The notes: generated from the sequence alone by a model not told the origin. A stretch of DNA of 64,000 nucleotides from Chrysomallon squamiferum (GCA_012295275.1 CM022679.1:8928001-8992000); one strand, 5' to 3'. Shown: positions 1-55,630, counted from the first letter of the stretch. Program-made: numbers and translations.

Positions 1-24530
<24,530 letters not shown>

Positions 24531-27500
24531 ATACTAAAAAAAATATATTATTAGTGATTCAAATCTGTGTTTGATGAATCAGTGATGTTCAGTGAAGTAG
24601 CAGATGTTATTAGCTGATGATTCAAATCACGATCTGTTCAAAATCAGGATCTTTGAAATATGAATCACAAGCAAGTCATCACTTTATTTAAGAAAAAGTG
24701 GAAGTGACGATTCGGTGTTTTCTGAAAAAGCAGTGATATAAGCCTTTTTTAATAATTGCCTAAAAAGCAAGCTGACCCTTGATTTTGTCTTAGGAATTTA
24801 TGAGGAATGAAAATGGCAGCATAATAATATATTGAAGACAAAATGAATTATGGCAAGTTTATCATTTATATTTTCTTAACAAGATGGCTGTGTGGTGCAA
24901 ACAAAAAAACAAAAACAAACAAAAAAATCAAGATATCTTCTTGGTTCAACTTCCATTTGTTGATTGTTCTCAGAATTACAATATGATTTGTTAACAATGC
25001 ATATGATTAATTTTGTGGACTTTTTTTTTTTTTTTTTTTTTTTTGCAGTAATGGATTCTGTTATTGGAATAAGCCACAAAATACTGTCAGAACAAGTGTT
25101 TCAAAAGTGATTTGAGCAATAATTAATACAGCACTTTAAATGATGATTTAATCCTGATGATAAATCATTCAGAGAATCAGAATCATAAACAGGAATGCTG
25201 GATGAAAATTCTGCTAAGAATTTCAGCAGCAGTTGAAACAAAAACAAAAAATTTACCCTGGTGATCTCAAAATTAGCAGATTTTTAAAAAAAAATGATTA
25301 TTATTTTTAAATGCAGGTTCTATATATTTAGAATTTATCTACAGAATTATTGAATTTTGTTGTTGTTTAAAACAGAAGTATGTTTGTGATTTTTAGAGTT
25401 GCTTTCAGACTTTGTTGTTTTGTAGAGTGTTTCTATGTGATTTTTTCTTTTCAGTTTCGTTTTGATTTAAATGTAGAAAGTGAGTGATTTATATACTTGT
25501 TATACAGAATGTGACAGTTTAGTTGAACAGTTTTTAAAATTTGCTTTACACTTCTCAGACAATGATCCATTAACAAACAAACAAAAAAAGAAGAATAAAA
25601 GAAACCTGTGATATAGATACTGATCTAAAATATTCAGAAATGTTACTCTCTTTGTTTAATACCTACTTACATACTTTTTTTTTGATCTGTTACATTTTTT
25701 AAGACTTTGAAAATTCTTATTAAAAATAGTGTTATGTTTTATATAATTAGATGAGATGTTATTATCAGTAATAACCATTAACAATAATAGAAGTAATAAT
25801 TGTAACAAAATTGACTTTGACTGCTATTTCCATTGTTTAATTATCACCTTTTCATTTTTATCAACATAAAATATATAACGACAGAAGTAACTATTCAGAC
25901 AAAATAACACTGTAATCATTATTTGAATTGTCTATTTTTCTTACTTCTTCATTTTAATCAAAGTAAACTGTATAATAACACAAGCAACAAGTTAGACAAA
26001 ATTAATTTTAACCATTGTTTAAATTGTCTGGGGTTTTTTCTTTCACCTTTTCATTTGATCAGGATTAAATGTGTTCCTCATTAAATGTTTTATTGTAAAA
26101 ATTAATCATAAAATCTTATATTTACTTTTATTTATTTTGAATTTTACAAGCATATTATGTTGTTCATATATTTTTTACCCTTTTTTATATTTTCTCATAA
26201 TTCTTTCTAAAGCATTCCAGTCTTAATATTAATACCTATTTAATGAAAGCCTTGTTTATGAGGTATATTTTCATAATTTTTATTTATTTATTTTTATTTT
26301 TATATTTATTTTATATATATATAAATTTTATTAATTTATTATGTTTATTTATATTTTAATTTTATATATATATATATAATTTTTATTTATTTACTTATTG
26401 TTTATTTCTTTCTTTTATATATATATATATATTATATTTATTTTGTTATTGTTTGTTTTCTGAGGTTACAGAAGAAGAATATAAAGTTGGGCTTTCTCAA
26501 AAAGTCAAATTATTTTTTCAGAAATAACCATTTTGTTTCACATTTTTTAATCCCCCCCCAAAAAAACACCAATAATGAAACCCCATCAAAACTCTTTTTT
26601 TTTTTTTTCTTTTTTTTCCATAACCCACCCACATGGTTATTGTTTGTATGCAAGTAACAACATCAATGAATTTTAAAGTGCTATAAATAAATATAAATTT
26701 TAATATTTTGTTTTGAATTGTAGTAATATTTCTTTGCCATCATTTCAAGTGCTTTGGGAGTACAATACTTTTTACACTAGTCTGTGATATTCAAATCAAT
26801 GTCTTTACCGTCCAGAATATATATATACATACTTATATGTTTTTGAAACTGTCCGTCCATTCAGATATATACACACCTATATAGGCTCAGTTGTTTTAGC
26901 AACAGTAAGAATGTTAAACTTGTAATATATTCAGTTGTGTGTTGTTTTTTTTACAAGCAAGTGCATAACTGAAAGTTTGGTTCAATAACATAATATAGAA
27001 CTTGAAGCAACATAAATAAATAAATAAATAAATAAATAAATTTAAATTAATAAGTTTTTAAATAAATATTTTAATAAATATATAAATAAATTTAAATAAA
27101 TAATGAATAATTAAATATATGTAATCAAAAATAAAAATAAATACAGATAAATTTTAAAATATACATATAGCACGAATGTATAAAATATCATTTAAAGAAA
27201 ATATTTTATAAATAAATTACTTGAAATATAAATAAATATAAAAATAAGTAAAACAATTTAAAATATAATAAAATTTGGCAAATAAAAATAATAAAAATGT
27301 ACTGACAGATGTTCTATATTTCTTCACTAGATTATTTTAATCATATAAACAAATATTTTACTTTGTTATTTAAAGCCTTTAAACAATGTGATCTCATTTA
27401 TAAAAATGATAAAATGCATTATTTTTCAATATTTAAATTATGTTGTCTGTTTCAGTGTAAAGCTATATGAAGATTTGTAATTGTTTTCAGAAAACACTAT

Positions 27501-29944
27501 ATATCACATTGATTATATAAATATATTAATTGTGATAATACTTGTAGTACATTTTGACTGAATTACAATTTGTAATTTTACAATATACTGAAATAAGCCA
27601 AAGATTAATTATTTTCTTATACATACACTTGTTGCTGTTATCAACATTCCTGTTTCTTTTTTCTGTTATTTAGCATTTTTCTTTTGTTATTATATTTTGT
27701 TTTATTTGTTACCATCATTCAGTGATTTTTTTTCTCACAGAGTTTGTTTAATTATATAAGTCTATCCTGTCATTTCCTTTGTTGTTTTACTGAATATAGT
27801 AAACAGAATTACTTTTGAAAATTAAGGTAAACTTCAAAAAGGAACGGAGATAATGTCAGTTTATATAAGTAAAATCTCATCCTAGTATTGTTAAGTATTG
27901 CTATTTTTATTTATTTATTTATTTATTTATTCAGTTATTGTTATTTTTTTTTAATATATTTTTTGCTCAGATGAGAGAGAACAAATACTAAAATAATTAT
28001 TGCCTTCATATATATAATTTAATGTTTATAGATTTTTGAAAAAAAATAAATAAATAAAAGTAAAAAACAATTGTTTTATATTAATAAAATGTTTTTATTT
28101 TAAAGTTAGTTTTTTTTTTTTTTTTACAAATAATTAAACTTAAAAATTTGTTTTATTTTTGTATATTAAATTATTGTTGGGGATCAAATGTAATATGCAG
28201 TATAATTCAGTTTTCATTTATTTATTATTTATTATTATTTTCTTTAAAATAAATAACGAAAAATGTTTTTAATATTTATAGATTTTCCTTTTTCAATAAT
28301 TTTAAGTGAAATGTGTGTATTATTTAAAAATCATTTATTATTTCAGTGATAAAATGAAAGCATTACATTTACATGGTTTTGTTTTTGTTTTAAATCTAGA
28401 ATATGATTTAATCTTTTAAATATTTTATTCCTTTACATTTGATGATGTTGTACAGAATATTATATTTTCATATATATATATATATATATACCTATGACAA
28501 GATTTTCATTGAAATTGCAGTTAGAATCTTTTGTATGTTATTGTTGTTATAGTGGGTCTTTTTAAGTTGGTGTTTGTAAAATGAACTGTCTCTAAGCCAT
28601 AGTCATAATTTTAGTATTGAGTTAAATGCCAGTTGATTATTAAATGTTTTTGTGTTGTTTTATAATGTACATAACTGGCTTTAAACAGAAACAAAAGATA
28701 AAATGCTTAATTGCATGTATATAAACACACAAACAGATATATGTATATATCATTATTACCATTTTGATTTTTTTTTTTTAATTTCCATAAATATAGTAAG
28801 AAATATAAAAAAAAGAATCTTCCTTTTAATTATAAATTATGTAATTATGTTTTATTAAATTAGATAAAATTAATAAAAGAATTTGAATTTTATTATTTGC
28901 CAGTTAGTTCTATACTGTCATATTTGTTAATTATTTTATGTTGTAAAAATTGTACCCAGTTATACACATTGTTTTGTGATAATTCATAATTCATACAATT
29001 TTATTATCATCATCATCGTCATAACCATCATATTGAAAATCACCACCATCATCATTATCATCCTAATAATAATGAAAATCATGATTATCATAAGTCATTC
29101 ATCGTGATTAATAGCAAATGTGATGATGATACATGCAGATGTTTGAATTAGATTAATGTTAAGTGTTTTTATATCCATACAAGTTTTGTACATTCCGGTG
29201 AAATTAATTTTACACATGCAAGTATTGAATCTTTTCAATTTATAGTTAAATTACACAATGTTCAGTTTTGTTTTGATCTCTATTTGTCTTCCTTGTGATC
29301 TGTCTATTTTTACTTCATAAGACAATACATTTTTTTATATATATTAAAATAATTATTATACTGACAAAAGAATGTGGGCCAAAAACAAAAAAAAAGATGG
29401 AGAACAAAAGAAATTACAAATAAACAAGAGATAAATAAATAAATCTGGAATATTATTAATATATAGGATATATTATTTTATTTGAACAATACCATATTAT
29501 TTAACACTTTTTTTTGGTGCATTCTTTTTAAAAATATGTTCATACATTTTTATATATACGATAATTCAAAACATAATAAATATATTATAAATTATAAACA
29601 AATAAATAATTTTTAAAAATACTAAAATACATAAAATAAATAAATATATTATAAATAAATAAATAATTAAAAAAAATACATAAATATATGTAAGATAAAT
29701 AAACGAATTATAAATAAATAAATGAATAAATAAATTACAAATATGTATATAATTACATAAATAAATAAATTTTAAAACAAAACAAATAAAATGACCACAA
29801 TGAAATGAATGCAGTTTAATTTTTTCAATTTTTTAAAAAAAGTTATATTTTTGATTCTGTATTTGCTTGTAGACAGGTGTTTTCTTATTGTTACAAGACG
29901 GTTGTCTGAAGAAGACTTGTACCTTTTTGAGGAACTGTTAATGA

Positions 29945-29950
29945 AATAAA
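29945..29950 (+). terminator. Candidate PKD1-like polyA signal
   Basis: AATAAA followed by a T/GT-rich tract; many other AATAAA exist in this AT-rich DNA. Confidence 0.3.
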
Positions 29951-30668
29951 ACTACACTATCGAGTTTTTTTTTGTTGTTTATTTTAATTTTAAATAAACT
30001 TATCATCGCTAATTGTGTTTGAGAAGGATGCTAATTTAACAGGCACTATTGTTTTTGTTGTGCAAATGGGGTGAAAAAGCAGTATAATAAAAAAAAAAAA
30101 AATTAAATTATTGGTTTTGGTTGCCAGTAGATAAGATGATCCCAAGCCAATAATGTATTTGTAAAAATATTTAATAAAATATAATAATGCCTAATCATAA
30201 TGTTTATTTATTTATTTATTTATTTTTTTATAAAAAGTTATTGGTTATAGTGGTCAAAGGCCAGTAATATATTTATAATTCTATTTATAAAGTTTTCAGT
30301 ACTGCCTAAGCAAACTTTGTTCTTTCAACATGTGAGCCTTTTTTTCTGTATCTAGATACTGCCAATGTTAAAGAAATATTTAAAATAACATCTGATGTAA
30401 AATAATTAAAATAACAATATAGAATTTCACATTATAAATATTTTTAAATATCCAAACATTTTAGATGTGAAATTCTGTGACTTCATATTTGCAATGATTT
30501 AAAAGTTATCCACAAAGTTTTTTATTATTAAATTTATCTCAATATCGAACAAGTATTAACATTCAGAAAACCACCTAACATTTATTATTAAATTTATTTC
30601 TGTATTATTTGAAATATAGTTAATATAAAAACATCAACACAAAACACAGGTGTTGAATTATTCAAGCA

Positions 30669-30674
30669 TTTATT
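30669..30674 (-). terminator. Candidate TTYH polyA signal
   Basis: Minus-strand AATAAA near the point where strand composition switches from T-rich to A-rich. Confidence 0.3.
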
Positions 30675-30850
30675 ACAAAAAGAAATTTTTAACTACATCA
30701 TTCTTTGATTTTTCTCTAATTCAGATACAAATCATTTAAAATGACAATAAAAATCTATATAAAATTCTAAAAAAAATTTAAATTTTTCTAAACAAATGTT
30801 TTCAGCAGATAAGAAGTAACAAAATAATTACAAACAACAATTCTGTAAAT

Positions 30851-31192
30851 CAGGGGTCAGCAAAGTGTTTTGACTATTTCACCTCTTCACAAAATCCTTG
30901 ATGTCTCATTGACCCCCAAGAATGTAAAATAAATATTATCAGTAATATTTATTTGTTATCAATAATGAATATCTCTATTTAAAAGTGAAAAAAAAAAAAA
31001 AAAAAAAAAAAAACCCCACCTAAAAACTTTGCCAATTTTGAAAAAAAATATTAAAAAACAAAAGATCATATTGGTCACATTTTCTATTTCTGGTATGTAA
31101 CCATTACCATAATTGGCCCTCATTCTTATTAAACCCTTTTGACCCCTTTTGACCTATCAGATAAGTCCCATGGACCATTTTGCTAACCCCTG
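30851..31192. mobile_element. hAT (Charlie-like) MITE
   Basis: TIR CAGGGGTCAGCAAA / TTTGCTAACCCCTG; 8-bp TSD ctgtaaat/atctaaat (6/8 match, fits NTCTARAN). Confidence 0.75.
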
Positions 31193-32595
31193 ATCTAAAT
31201 CAAGGTAAATGGCTAACTAACAAAATTTGGAATGTCACGATTTTTGGAAACAAAATTTTAAAACAAGAAATTAGACTGAATTGGTTTATGATAACTGAAT
31301 ATACTAAAGGAAACTAAAATGAGTAATTTTTGTATTGTAATGATGACTGATGAAAGAAATTTACAATTTTTTTTTTTTTTTTTATTTAAAAAGTGAAAAG
31401 TTAATTTTTTACTGAAAAATATAATGATTATTTAAAATCGTTATTAAAGTGACTATAAATTTAGTATATGACAATGGAGAGATCTGTATTGCAGTGAAAT
31501 ATTCAAATTTGAAAACAAACTTCATTATATACATAATAACAAAACCTGAACTATTTACACATTCAACAAACTGAGCAACCTAAATATAAACTATGTATGT
31601 ATCAAGCAACCATGTTCTGAGCTACCAGTGAATGTGTCTGTGTTTTTAAACAGCAATTAAAAATTATTTTAATAACACATTCTGAGCAACCATCAAACAT
31701 ATAGAAAACAACTAACAAATATCTCAAAGTATAAACCGACCAACTATATTCAAATATTTCTGTACTTGGCAACCAAAAGCTTGACCATATACATACTGAG
31801 CAAGCCTTTATTTTATCTTCAGAGCAACCAACAAATATGTCCATACTTTTAACTGAGCAAACCATCAACCTTTCTTTGTCTTCAGACAAAAATATGTCTT
31901 TATTTGCATTGAGTTTTGTCATCAGCTTTTGTATCTTCAGAGCAACTGACAAGTATGTCTATATTTTTACTGAGCAAACCATCAACTTTTCTATTAGGAA
32001 AAATATGTTTGTATGTGTGTAGAGTGAGCCTGTATGTTTCAAAATAATTCAAGTGTAACTGAATAACCCTGTTTTGATAAAGAGAATCCTTGCAATTTGA
32101 TTAATTTCAGACACCCATCATTTAAACAGAATCAGTATTAAAAATGTATTCATACCAACATCTGAAACATAAAGATTAAGACAAATTTGATGGTGATAAA
32201 ATGTTTATGCCTGAAGTGGTCAAAGAAGGTTGTTTTTAATTATTTAAAAATTACTGGCCAAAATAAAACTAGGAAAAAGATATTAAGCAAATGCATGAAC
32301 ATTCGGGAAAACTGGTGGAAAAGACTATGAAATAATCAAAAGACACTAATATACACAGACACTGAAAGAAAGAATAATAATAACAAACAGATAACAAAAA
32401 GAATCACTGAATATATTCTAGACAATCAAAGAAGATTTGTGAATGTCTTGGTAATAATGAATTTATATTAAAAGCACTTAATGAAGGTGTATCTATTCTG
32501 AATATGAAAGCCCTATGTTAGTTTACAACCTCATCAAGTACAAATTACAAAAATGAAAACATTTATAGATCTACATAATTATATTAAAAAAAAAA

Positions 32596-32627
<32 letters not shown>

Positions 32628-34026
32628 CAATATTAAATGTTTTAAATATGTATATAAACATGAGTTACATTAATACATTTTTTTTTTTTTTTTTTTTTTT
32701 TTTTATTTCATCTAGTCATTTTAATTTCCAGGATTTCACAAACAGTAAATTATATTTTATTTTGTGCTATGTTGTTTCTTCATTTTGCTGTTGTCATTTT
32801 AAAATATATAATTAGTTTCAGCATCTACCTACATCACAGAAATCAGTTTATCTTCCTAATTTTATTTTTGTGTTGCAGTAAGCAAAATCTCCATTAACTC
32901 TTATTATTATTATTATTTTTAAAAGTGGTATTATGTTTTTTTATTTTGTCTTACTAGTTTTTGCTAATAGTATTATTTTGGAACAAACAGAATAACGGAA
33001 ATATATATACAATTACTTTCATCACTGTCTTTTCACATCACAGAAATCATTTCATTTATCTCCTAAGATTTATTTTTATGTTGTAGTGAGCATTTTTTGT
33101 AAAATCTTTATCAATGATTATTTCTAAAAACTGTTAGGACTATTGTGAGTGTCGGATTAGTATTAACACTGAAAAAAATTAAACTGTTAAGATGAATATT
33201 AACACTGAAAAAAATAAAATTGTTAAGATTAACATTAACACTGAAAAAATAAAACATCTGACTAGTAAAGCATTGCATAACCATCAACTCACTGGATTTG
33301 GCACATTGACATTACACTGACATTACCCTGACAATACACTGTTATTACATCACATTCACATTATTACATTACAGAGACATTGCATGTCTTAATGGGGAAA
33401 AACAAAAACATAATAATAAAACATTTAAAAAAATATTCAGTTACTAATATTAAGTAAACAAATGATTTATAATCATCAAATTTGTTTTAATTTTAGTGCA
33501 GTAAAAATGTATCTGTTTTTCACTTTTAAAGAAGTTTTGCTGATTTTTGAACAAATTATCAGTTTTTGTGAGCAGCTTTTTAAAAGAATAATATTTAAAT
33601 TTACAAAAATTATTCTGAAATAAAAACAGGGATAAGAAATAGATGTACACATATTAATTTTTTTGTATTAAGCAATTTTGATGTATAAAAGATGACAACA
33701 GATTTAATGTAAAATCAGTTAATCTTTTTTGATCCATGGAGTGAATTAAGACTAGATAAAAAAAAAAAAATTCAAATCTCTCATCTGTCATGATAATATG
33801 AATGAATGAATGAATGTCAAAGATGATTGTTATAAAAAATCGGCCATTTGGTTTCAAATTGAAATCAATCAATTATTACTTTGTTAAGTGGAAGACAACA
33901 ATCAGATTGTCAGATTCACAAATTTGAATACTATTAAATTATATAATCACAATAATAGAGCATTACAACCTAGATTTTATTTCTGAAAACACAAACTTTA
34001 CTTTTGCGTCAAATCACATCTGTATA

Positions 34027-34354
34027 CAGGTTGTGAATTCTTTTATCTGAAATGTTTGGGACAGGAAATGTTTCCTATAACAGAATTTGTTTGTTTTTAG
34101 AATATTAAAAAAAAAAAAATATAAAAAATGCCTGAGAACTGAATATAAGTCTAAACATGAATTACCATTTATATTTTATTATAAAGTTTATATAAATAGT
34201 CTGCAAGATTTTTTTTATATAATATTTTTAACAATTTTGTCCATAAAATAAAGTCTGAGTTTGCAAAGCAATCTGAAAACTTAAGATATTACTATTTCCA
34301 GTGCTCCTCAAATGTTTTGGATTTGGGAATTTCAGATAATGGATCCTCAACCTG
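34027..34354. mobile_element. Tigger/pogo-type MITE resembling Tigger4 (Zombi)
   Basis: TA TSD; imperfect TIR CAGGTTGTGAATTCTTTTATCTGAAA versus TTTCAGATAATGGATCCTCAACCTG. Confidence 0.8.
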
Positions 34355-34754
34355 TATTTTGATTTTACACTTAGATCAATATAATTAACAAATAATATAT
34401 ACATATATATAATTTGTTAATTACAGCAAATATACATACAGTTATATATATATATACATATATCTACATAACAGGTATACACATGTGACCTGTATTTAAC
34501 CCTCAACGGTGAAATGAAGGTATTTCTACTACATTAATATATAGTAAATATTGCATTTTAAATTGAATACAGCATTTAATGACACCTGGAAAACAGTACT
34601 GATAACAAGAGAAAATAATTAATGATGAAAATCATTTAACCTCTTTCAAATTCTAAACATCACATATCATTCTAAATGGAGCAAGATTAATACAAAATTA
34701 ACTGGATTCTAGAATGTCTATCTACAGAATCAGAGTTCAGTGATCTCAGTAGTA

Positions 34755-34796
<42 letters not shown>

Positions 34797-34830
34797 TAAT
34801 AAAATAATAAATAAATAATAATAAATAATT

Positions 34831-34862
<32 letters not shown>

Positions 34863-34927
34863 CATAATAATAATAATAATAATTTAAATAATATATAATA
34901 AATAATTGTAATAATAATAATAATTTA

Positions 34928-34965
<38 letters not shown>

Positions 34966-35549
34966 TAATAATAATAATAATAACAATATTAAGAAAAGAA
35001 AAAGATAAAGAATACCTAAACAAAACTTTTAAGCCAATAAAATGAAAATTAGTTTATAAAATAATAAATAAAACAAATCAACAAAAAAAAAAAAAAAAAA
35101 AAAGAAGAAAAATCAGTTTTTTAATCAACTGGATGGTGTTATTTACAACTGTGGTGTAGTTTTCTGTTTTCAAACACAACAGTTATAAATATCAATACAG
35201 TTTTAGACAGAAACAAAAATCGAAGCCGTAAGCTTATTTTCAAAATAAAATAAAAATTATTTACAAAAGGCTATCACTCATCAAACAAAAAGTGCCAAAA
35301 AAAAAAAAAAAAAAAAAAAAAAAATTCTGTTGTTATTACAAAACATAACCAACAAAAAAAAAAAAAAATAATAAAAAATAATAATAATAATTCGACTGCA
35401 ATTACTAAAAAAAGGAACAAAAAAAAGAAGAAAGAAAAAGAAAAAATTTATTTACAAAAGTTACAAACTGGAAGGAATTTTGATTAAGCACAAAAGAAGT
35501 AAAAGCAGAGGTAAAAAGGAACACATGTGATAATTTCTGTCACAACAGT

Positions 35550-51550
<16,001 letters not shown>

Positions 51551-51679
51551 GAATAATGACTTTTCTTTTTAAAAAAGATCTGGTATTATACCTCAGTCTT
51601 GTCACAAAGTGGTTGTTCAACAAGTATTTAATTAACACCTGGTGCTCAGCAACACAAGTTCAGTTTCACTTTGCCAAGT

Positions 51680-51745
51680 TATCGCCATATTTTGTATCAC
51701 ATGACAGGTCAAGGTTCGACGGTTTCCGCTCCGTCGGCAGAAATG
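51680..51745 (-). promoter_or_regulatory. Putative TTYH core promoter
   Basis: YY1-like CGCCATATT near 51684, E-box TCACATGA near 51697 and local CpG enrichment, about 140-190 bp upstream of the ATG. Confidence 0.45.
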
Positions 51746-52389
51746 AAACCTCGATTACCAGGAAAAAAAAGATAGCTAGTATGATATCACAAGTTCTAAA
51801 AATGTATCACGTAAAAGGCAATTCACTTAAGAATAGATATATTTGGTCTCAAATTACTTATCAGTAATAAATAAATAATAATAATAATATTAAAATTTAA
51901 TAATAATAAAATAAAATTAAATTAAATTAAACTAAATCTGGTGAAGTTTTTTTTTTTTTCACCTGGGAAGTGTCGATGAGCTCTCGTTGTCTATGAAAAT
52001 CAATGTTATTGTTATATGTAATGTCTTAAATACAAGATAAAGACGCGATTTTCTTTTCTTGTGATGCGGCTTTTTAATTTTATTATTAACAAAGTGCCTG
52101 TTGTTTAGTGATTGTAAAACGTATGGCAAACCGGTAAAATATATTTATACCATATATTCATACTTTCAAAGGTATATATTTTCACTCTTTTTCTTTATTT
52201 AACAGCGATTATGCTTGCAATATTTTGTTTTAATGTAGGTTTGTTATATTTGTATTCACTTCTTTACAGATTGCTTTAAAATGTTCCTGTTTCTAGTGAA
52301 TAAATTAAGAATCGAAAACAATGAACTTTTGGAACGACCCCTACTTGCAGAAGTATACTTTTTCTAGTTAATGTTCGATCGAGACTATT

Positions 52390-52662
52390 TCTGGGCGTCA
52401 CAAGTTTCATGACAGTAGCAAGTGACGTCACGCGGGCTTCCCTTGCTGATTTGTGAATGATTTCCCGTTGCAAGGGTCGTGCCACTTGTTGATTTCTTTT
52501 TGCATTGTTTCTCAGCACTCTGCATCAGTTTCGAAATATTCAAAATAATTTTGTGTGTAGTGCATTTAATGCACTAAGCTAAAGAAGCCTTCAGTTATCC
52601 GGGACCGTGCAAGCAGGTGCCCCTTAAACTCGCCAAACTGTCTGAACCAAGGAAAATGCCAG
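52390..52662 (+). promoter_or_regulatory. Putative divergent promoter and first exon of an unidentified + strand gene
   Basis: CpG-enriched patch, palindromic CRE GTGACGTCAC at 52422-52431, and aaaATGCCAG|gtaggt at 52656-52668. Confidence 0.5.
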
Positions 52663-55459
52663 GTAGGTTAAGAAACTTTATTTTTGCAGTGTTCAAATGA
52701 CCTGGTGCATTCTGTTTTCACGGTTTTTCAGATGCAGTTAACATTGATTCAGCCAATATAAATTTCCGTAACTCTGATCTCCTTTCCATTTTTTAATGCT
52801 TTTGCACGGAAAGCTGGACGTTACCACGTACAAGGTTATGAAAGGAGTTACTCGCCCTTTACCTATTTTCTGTCTGTCATATCACTTCCATGTGATTGTT
52901 ACCACACTGAGTAATTAGATTATTACTTTAGTAACGAGTAACACATATTAGTTACCACATAGCCCCTGATGACATCATCAATAAAATATTGCTGTTATTT
53001 GTTTTTAATAATGTATTAATGTATCTTTTCATTCGTTTTACATTGCTTTTTTAAAAAATATACTTTTTAATCCAAAAAAACTGAATATATACACATTTTT
53101 TATAATCAAATTCATTAAGTAATAAAGAAGTTATTTGTGCTTGTATTTTCAAATGTACACTCAGATATTCAAAATAAATTAATATTAAGTTATTTATTTA
53201 TTTATTTATTTAAAGTTCTAAATATTTTTTGTTGGTAGGGCTCCAAACTTAGGGAGGGGTTTCTGACTGATTAAAAAATAATTAATTGGTTGAAACTGCA
53301 ATACATCAATCATTATTCTGCTTTCTGTTAACAGATTTTGATCAAACACCTCAAAGTCTGACACATTTACACAGTTCATATGTGTTTCTGATCAGCTGAT
53401 TCTCTGGTCATTGTGACCCTGTTCATGTATATTAATGGTGGATTTTGTTTGAGGTGGGTGGGGTGGGACTTTGATAAAGGAAAGAAATAAAATGTCATAT
53501 TGTAAATCTGTCACAAAGTTAGAATTTCAATAATTATTAATATTTAAAAATAAATAAATAAAAAAATGTCCCTGTATATATGCCTAACACCTGGTTACAG
53601 ACATTGCTGCATCAGCATTTTTTATTCTATTATTACTTTTGATTTATGCATTTTAAATTTCCATTAATAAAAATTAACAATACATTTTTTTTTTTTCATA
53701 TAGCTTTCTAAACTGAGCAGACCTTAAAATTATTTAATAATGGTTTACTAAATTGACTAACTGAAGATGTGTAATTACGAAAATTCATTAATATTAATTT
53801 ATTAATTTTATTGCTGGAACACGCACTATTTTGCACTCTAGCCAGTGTTCCACTGTTGATTTATAAAATAGCGCTGTATAAGCTGTCATGGCTGTGTGAA
53901 AGATATATAAAATTGAATCTTGCTGTTCATCAATAAGAATAATCCAGAAAATTCGGGGAGCAGATTTTCTTTCTCAAATCATGGCCATAGAAGAAGACAA
54001 ATAATTGTTAATAATAAATTTTTGTGGGCAAAAAAAACAATCTTTCTTTCTGTGGCATTGTATATCTTTCATGATATTTTTCACTTGCAGAACTTAGTTA
54101 TGCATCAGAATTGTTGAAAACTTTAACACTATAGAGTGATTAAAATAGTTTTGACACACCAATTAAAATTATTATAATTTTTATTTCTGCTTATTCTTGT
54201 TTTGTTTTTTTTGTTACATGAATTGACACGTTTTCTTTGTTGTTGATGTTTTTATTTTATTTTATTTTTTTAAATTTTGGATGTGCATGAAATATTAATG
54301 GGTTTTTTAATTTAATTTTTAGTAGCACAAAAAAGTTATTATTTCTTTATATAGGTAAATTAAAAATGTCGTTATGGTAAATATCTGGTCACTCACCTTT
54401 ATATAAAACAAACAGCTGTTCCACCTGGTGTTTTATTTTGAAAATAATAACAGTCTGATGTGAACTAAGAATTTCGTAGTGTTTGGGTTACATCCTGAAA
54501 AAATCCAAATTATAAGTACTTGGGGAGCTTATTTCACTCTTGCAGTAAGAGTAATTTATTAATTTCTTTTTCTTTCTTCTTGTTTCATATTTAACATTTT
54601 ATTTCAAGAGCACAATATTTCTTTTTATTTTCTGAAATATATTTAAAAAAAAAATTAAGTAAATATTTTATGTTTAAATACTTGTTGTTATAGAACACTG
54701 TACAATTAACCTGTGTTAAACATATGCACAGACTCAAACAAACACACACACACTTTGTGATATGTACAGAAGCAAATGAGCAAGCATAGATACACTACTA
54801 TAATTGAACATTGTCAAAGTTGGTTAAAAATTTGTTGCAGAACAAAATGCTTTTTTCTTTTTCTTCAGATATTGGCATTTGACAATATATCAAAGTCAGC
54901 TCTTACACATGATCTAAATATAAATATCCATTCAGGAAATTAAATTTTTTTTTTTTTTTTTTATTTGTTAATAATTCTTTGCAGAAGTTGCACACTGTAA
55001 GATCTGTAATAAACATAATTACATTACTTTTTCATTTTTTTTCTGAATAATAATTAAAAGGAAACAAATTTGAATTGTTCTGGTATATCTATATTAATTA
55101 TTCAGATAGTTAATAATCCAGTGTGTGTGCGTGTGTTGGTGTGTCACTAGAGTGTAATTTATTGAGTTGCGTGAAGGCAGCTGAGGAATGTTAAAACAAC
55201 ATGTGTTTTAGTGGTTGTGCCTGACAACGGGATACAATGGGTGATTGAATCAGGTCAGTTACCCTGCCAGACATCAAATAAATGTAAACACTTTTTTTTA
55301 TGAGTAAACCTTCTTCATTCTTAATACCATACATTTTTAAAATTGTTACAGGCACTAGGTAAATACCCACTGATTGTTTTTTTTTTTTTTAAATTTCCCT
55401 TCTCCAGCAATCACATTTGCTTATGTGTTGTCCTTTAATAGCTGCTGGAGTAACAGTTG

Positions 55460-55630
55460 GTGAGTCACAAGGGATTCCCCCATGCTTGCAGTCATTCTTG
55501 TTAAATGAACCAATGGGAAGTCACAAACAGGAAGATTTCAGCCAATGAAAGGGGAGTGTTTTCCACCGTATGCTTAGTCATCCTGGGCATGAATGACTAG
55601 CTGGCCAGCAGCTTATACGATTGACCAATG
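55460..55630 (+). promoter_or_regulatory. Motif-dense putative promoter or enhancer (AP-1, NF-kB, 3x CCAAT, ETS, ARE)
   Basis: TGAGTCA 55461, GGGATTCCCC 55471, CCAAT 55510/55542/55625, CAGGAAG ~55528 and TGCTTAGTCAT 55571; strong donor GAG|gtaaga at 56074. Confidence 0.6.

Noticed and set aside
25138-25235. TGATGA/CTGA boxes and a short hairpin suggesting a C/D snoRNA or SECIS
   Set aside because: There is no convincing terminal stem or box spacing, it is not intronic, and such motifs are common in AT-rich DNA.
31550-32022. 116-aa minus-strand ORF 31602-31952
   Set aside because: It overlaps a decayed actgagcaacc tandem repeat and has no recognisable domain or splice support.
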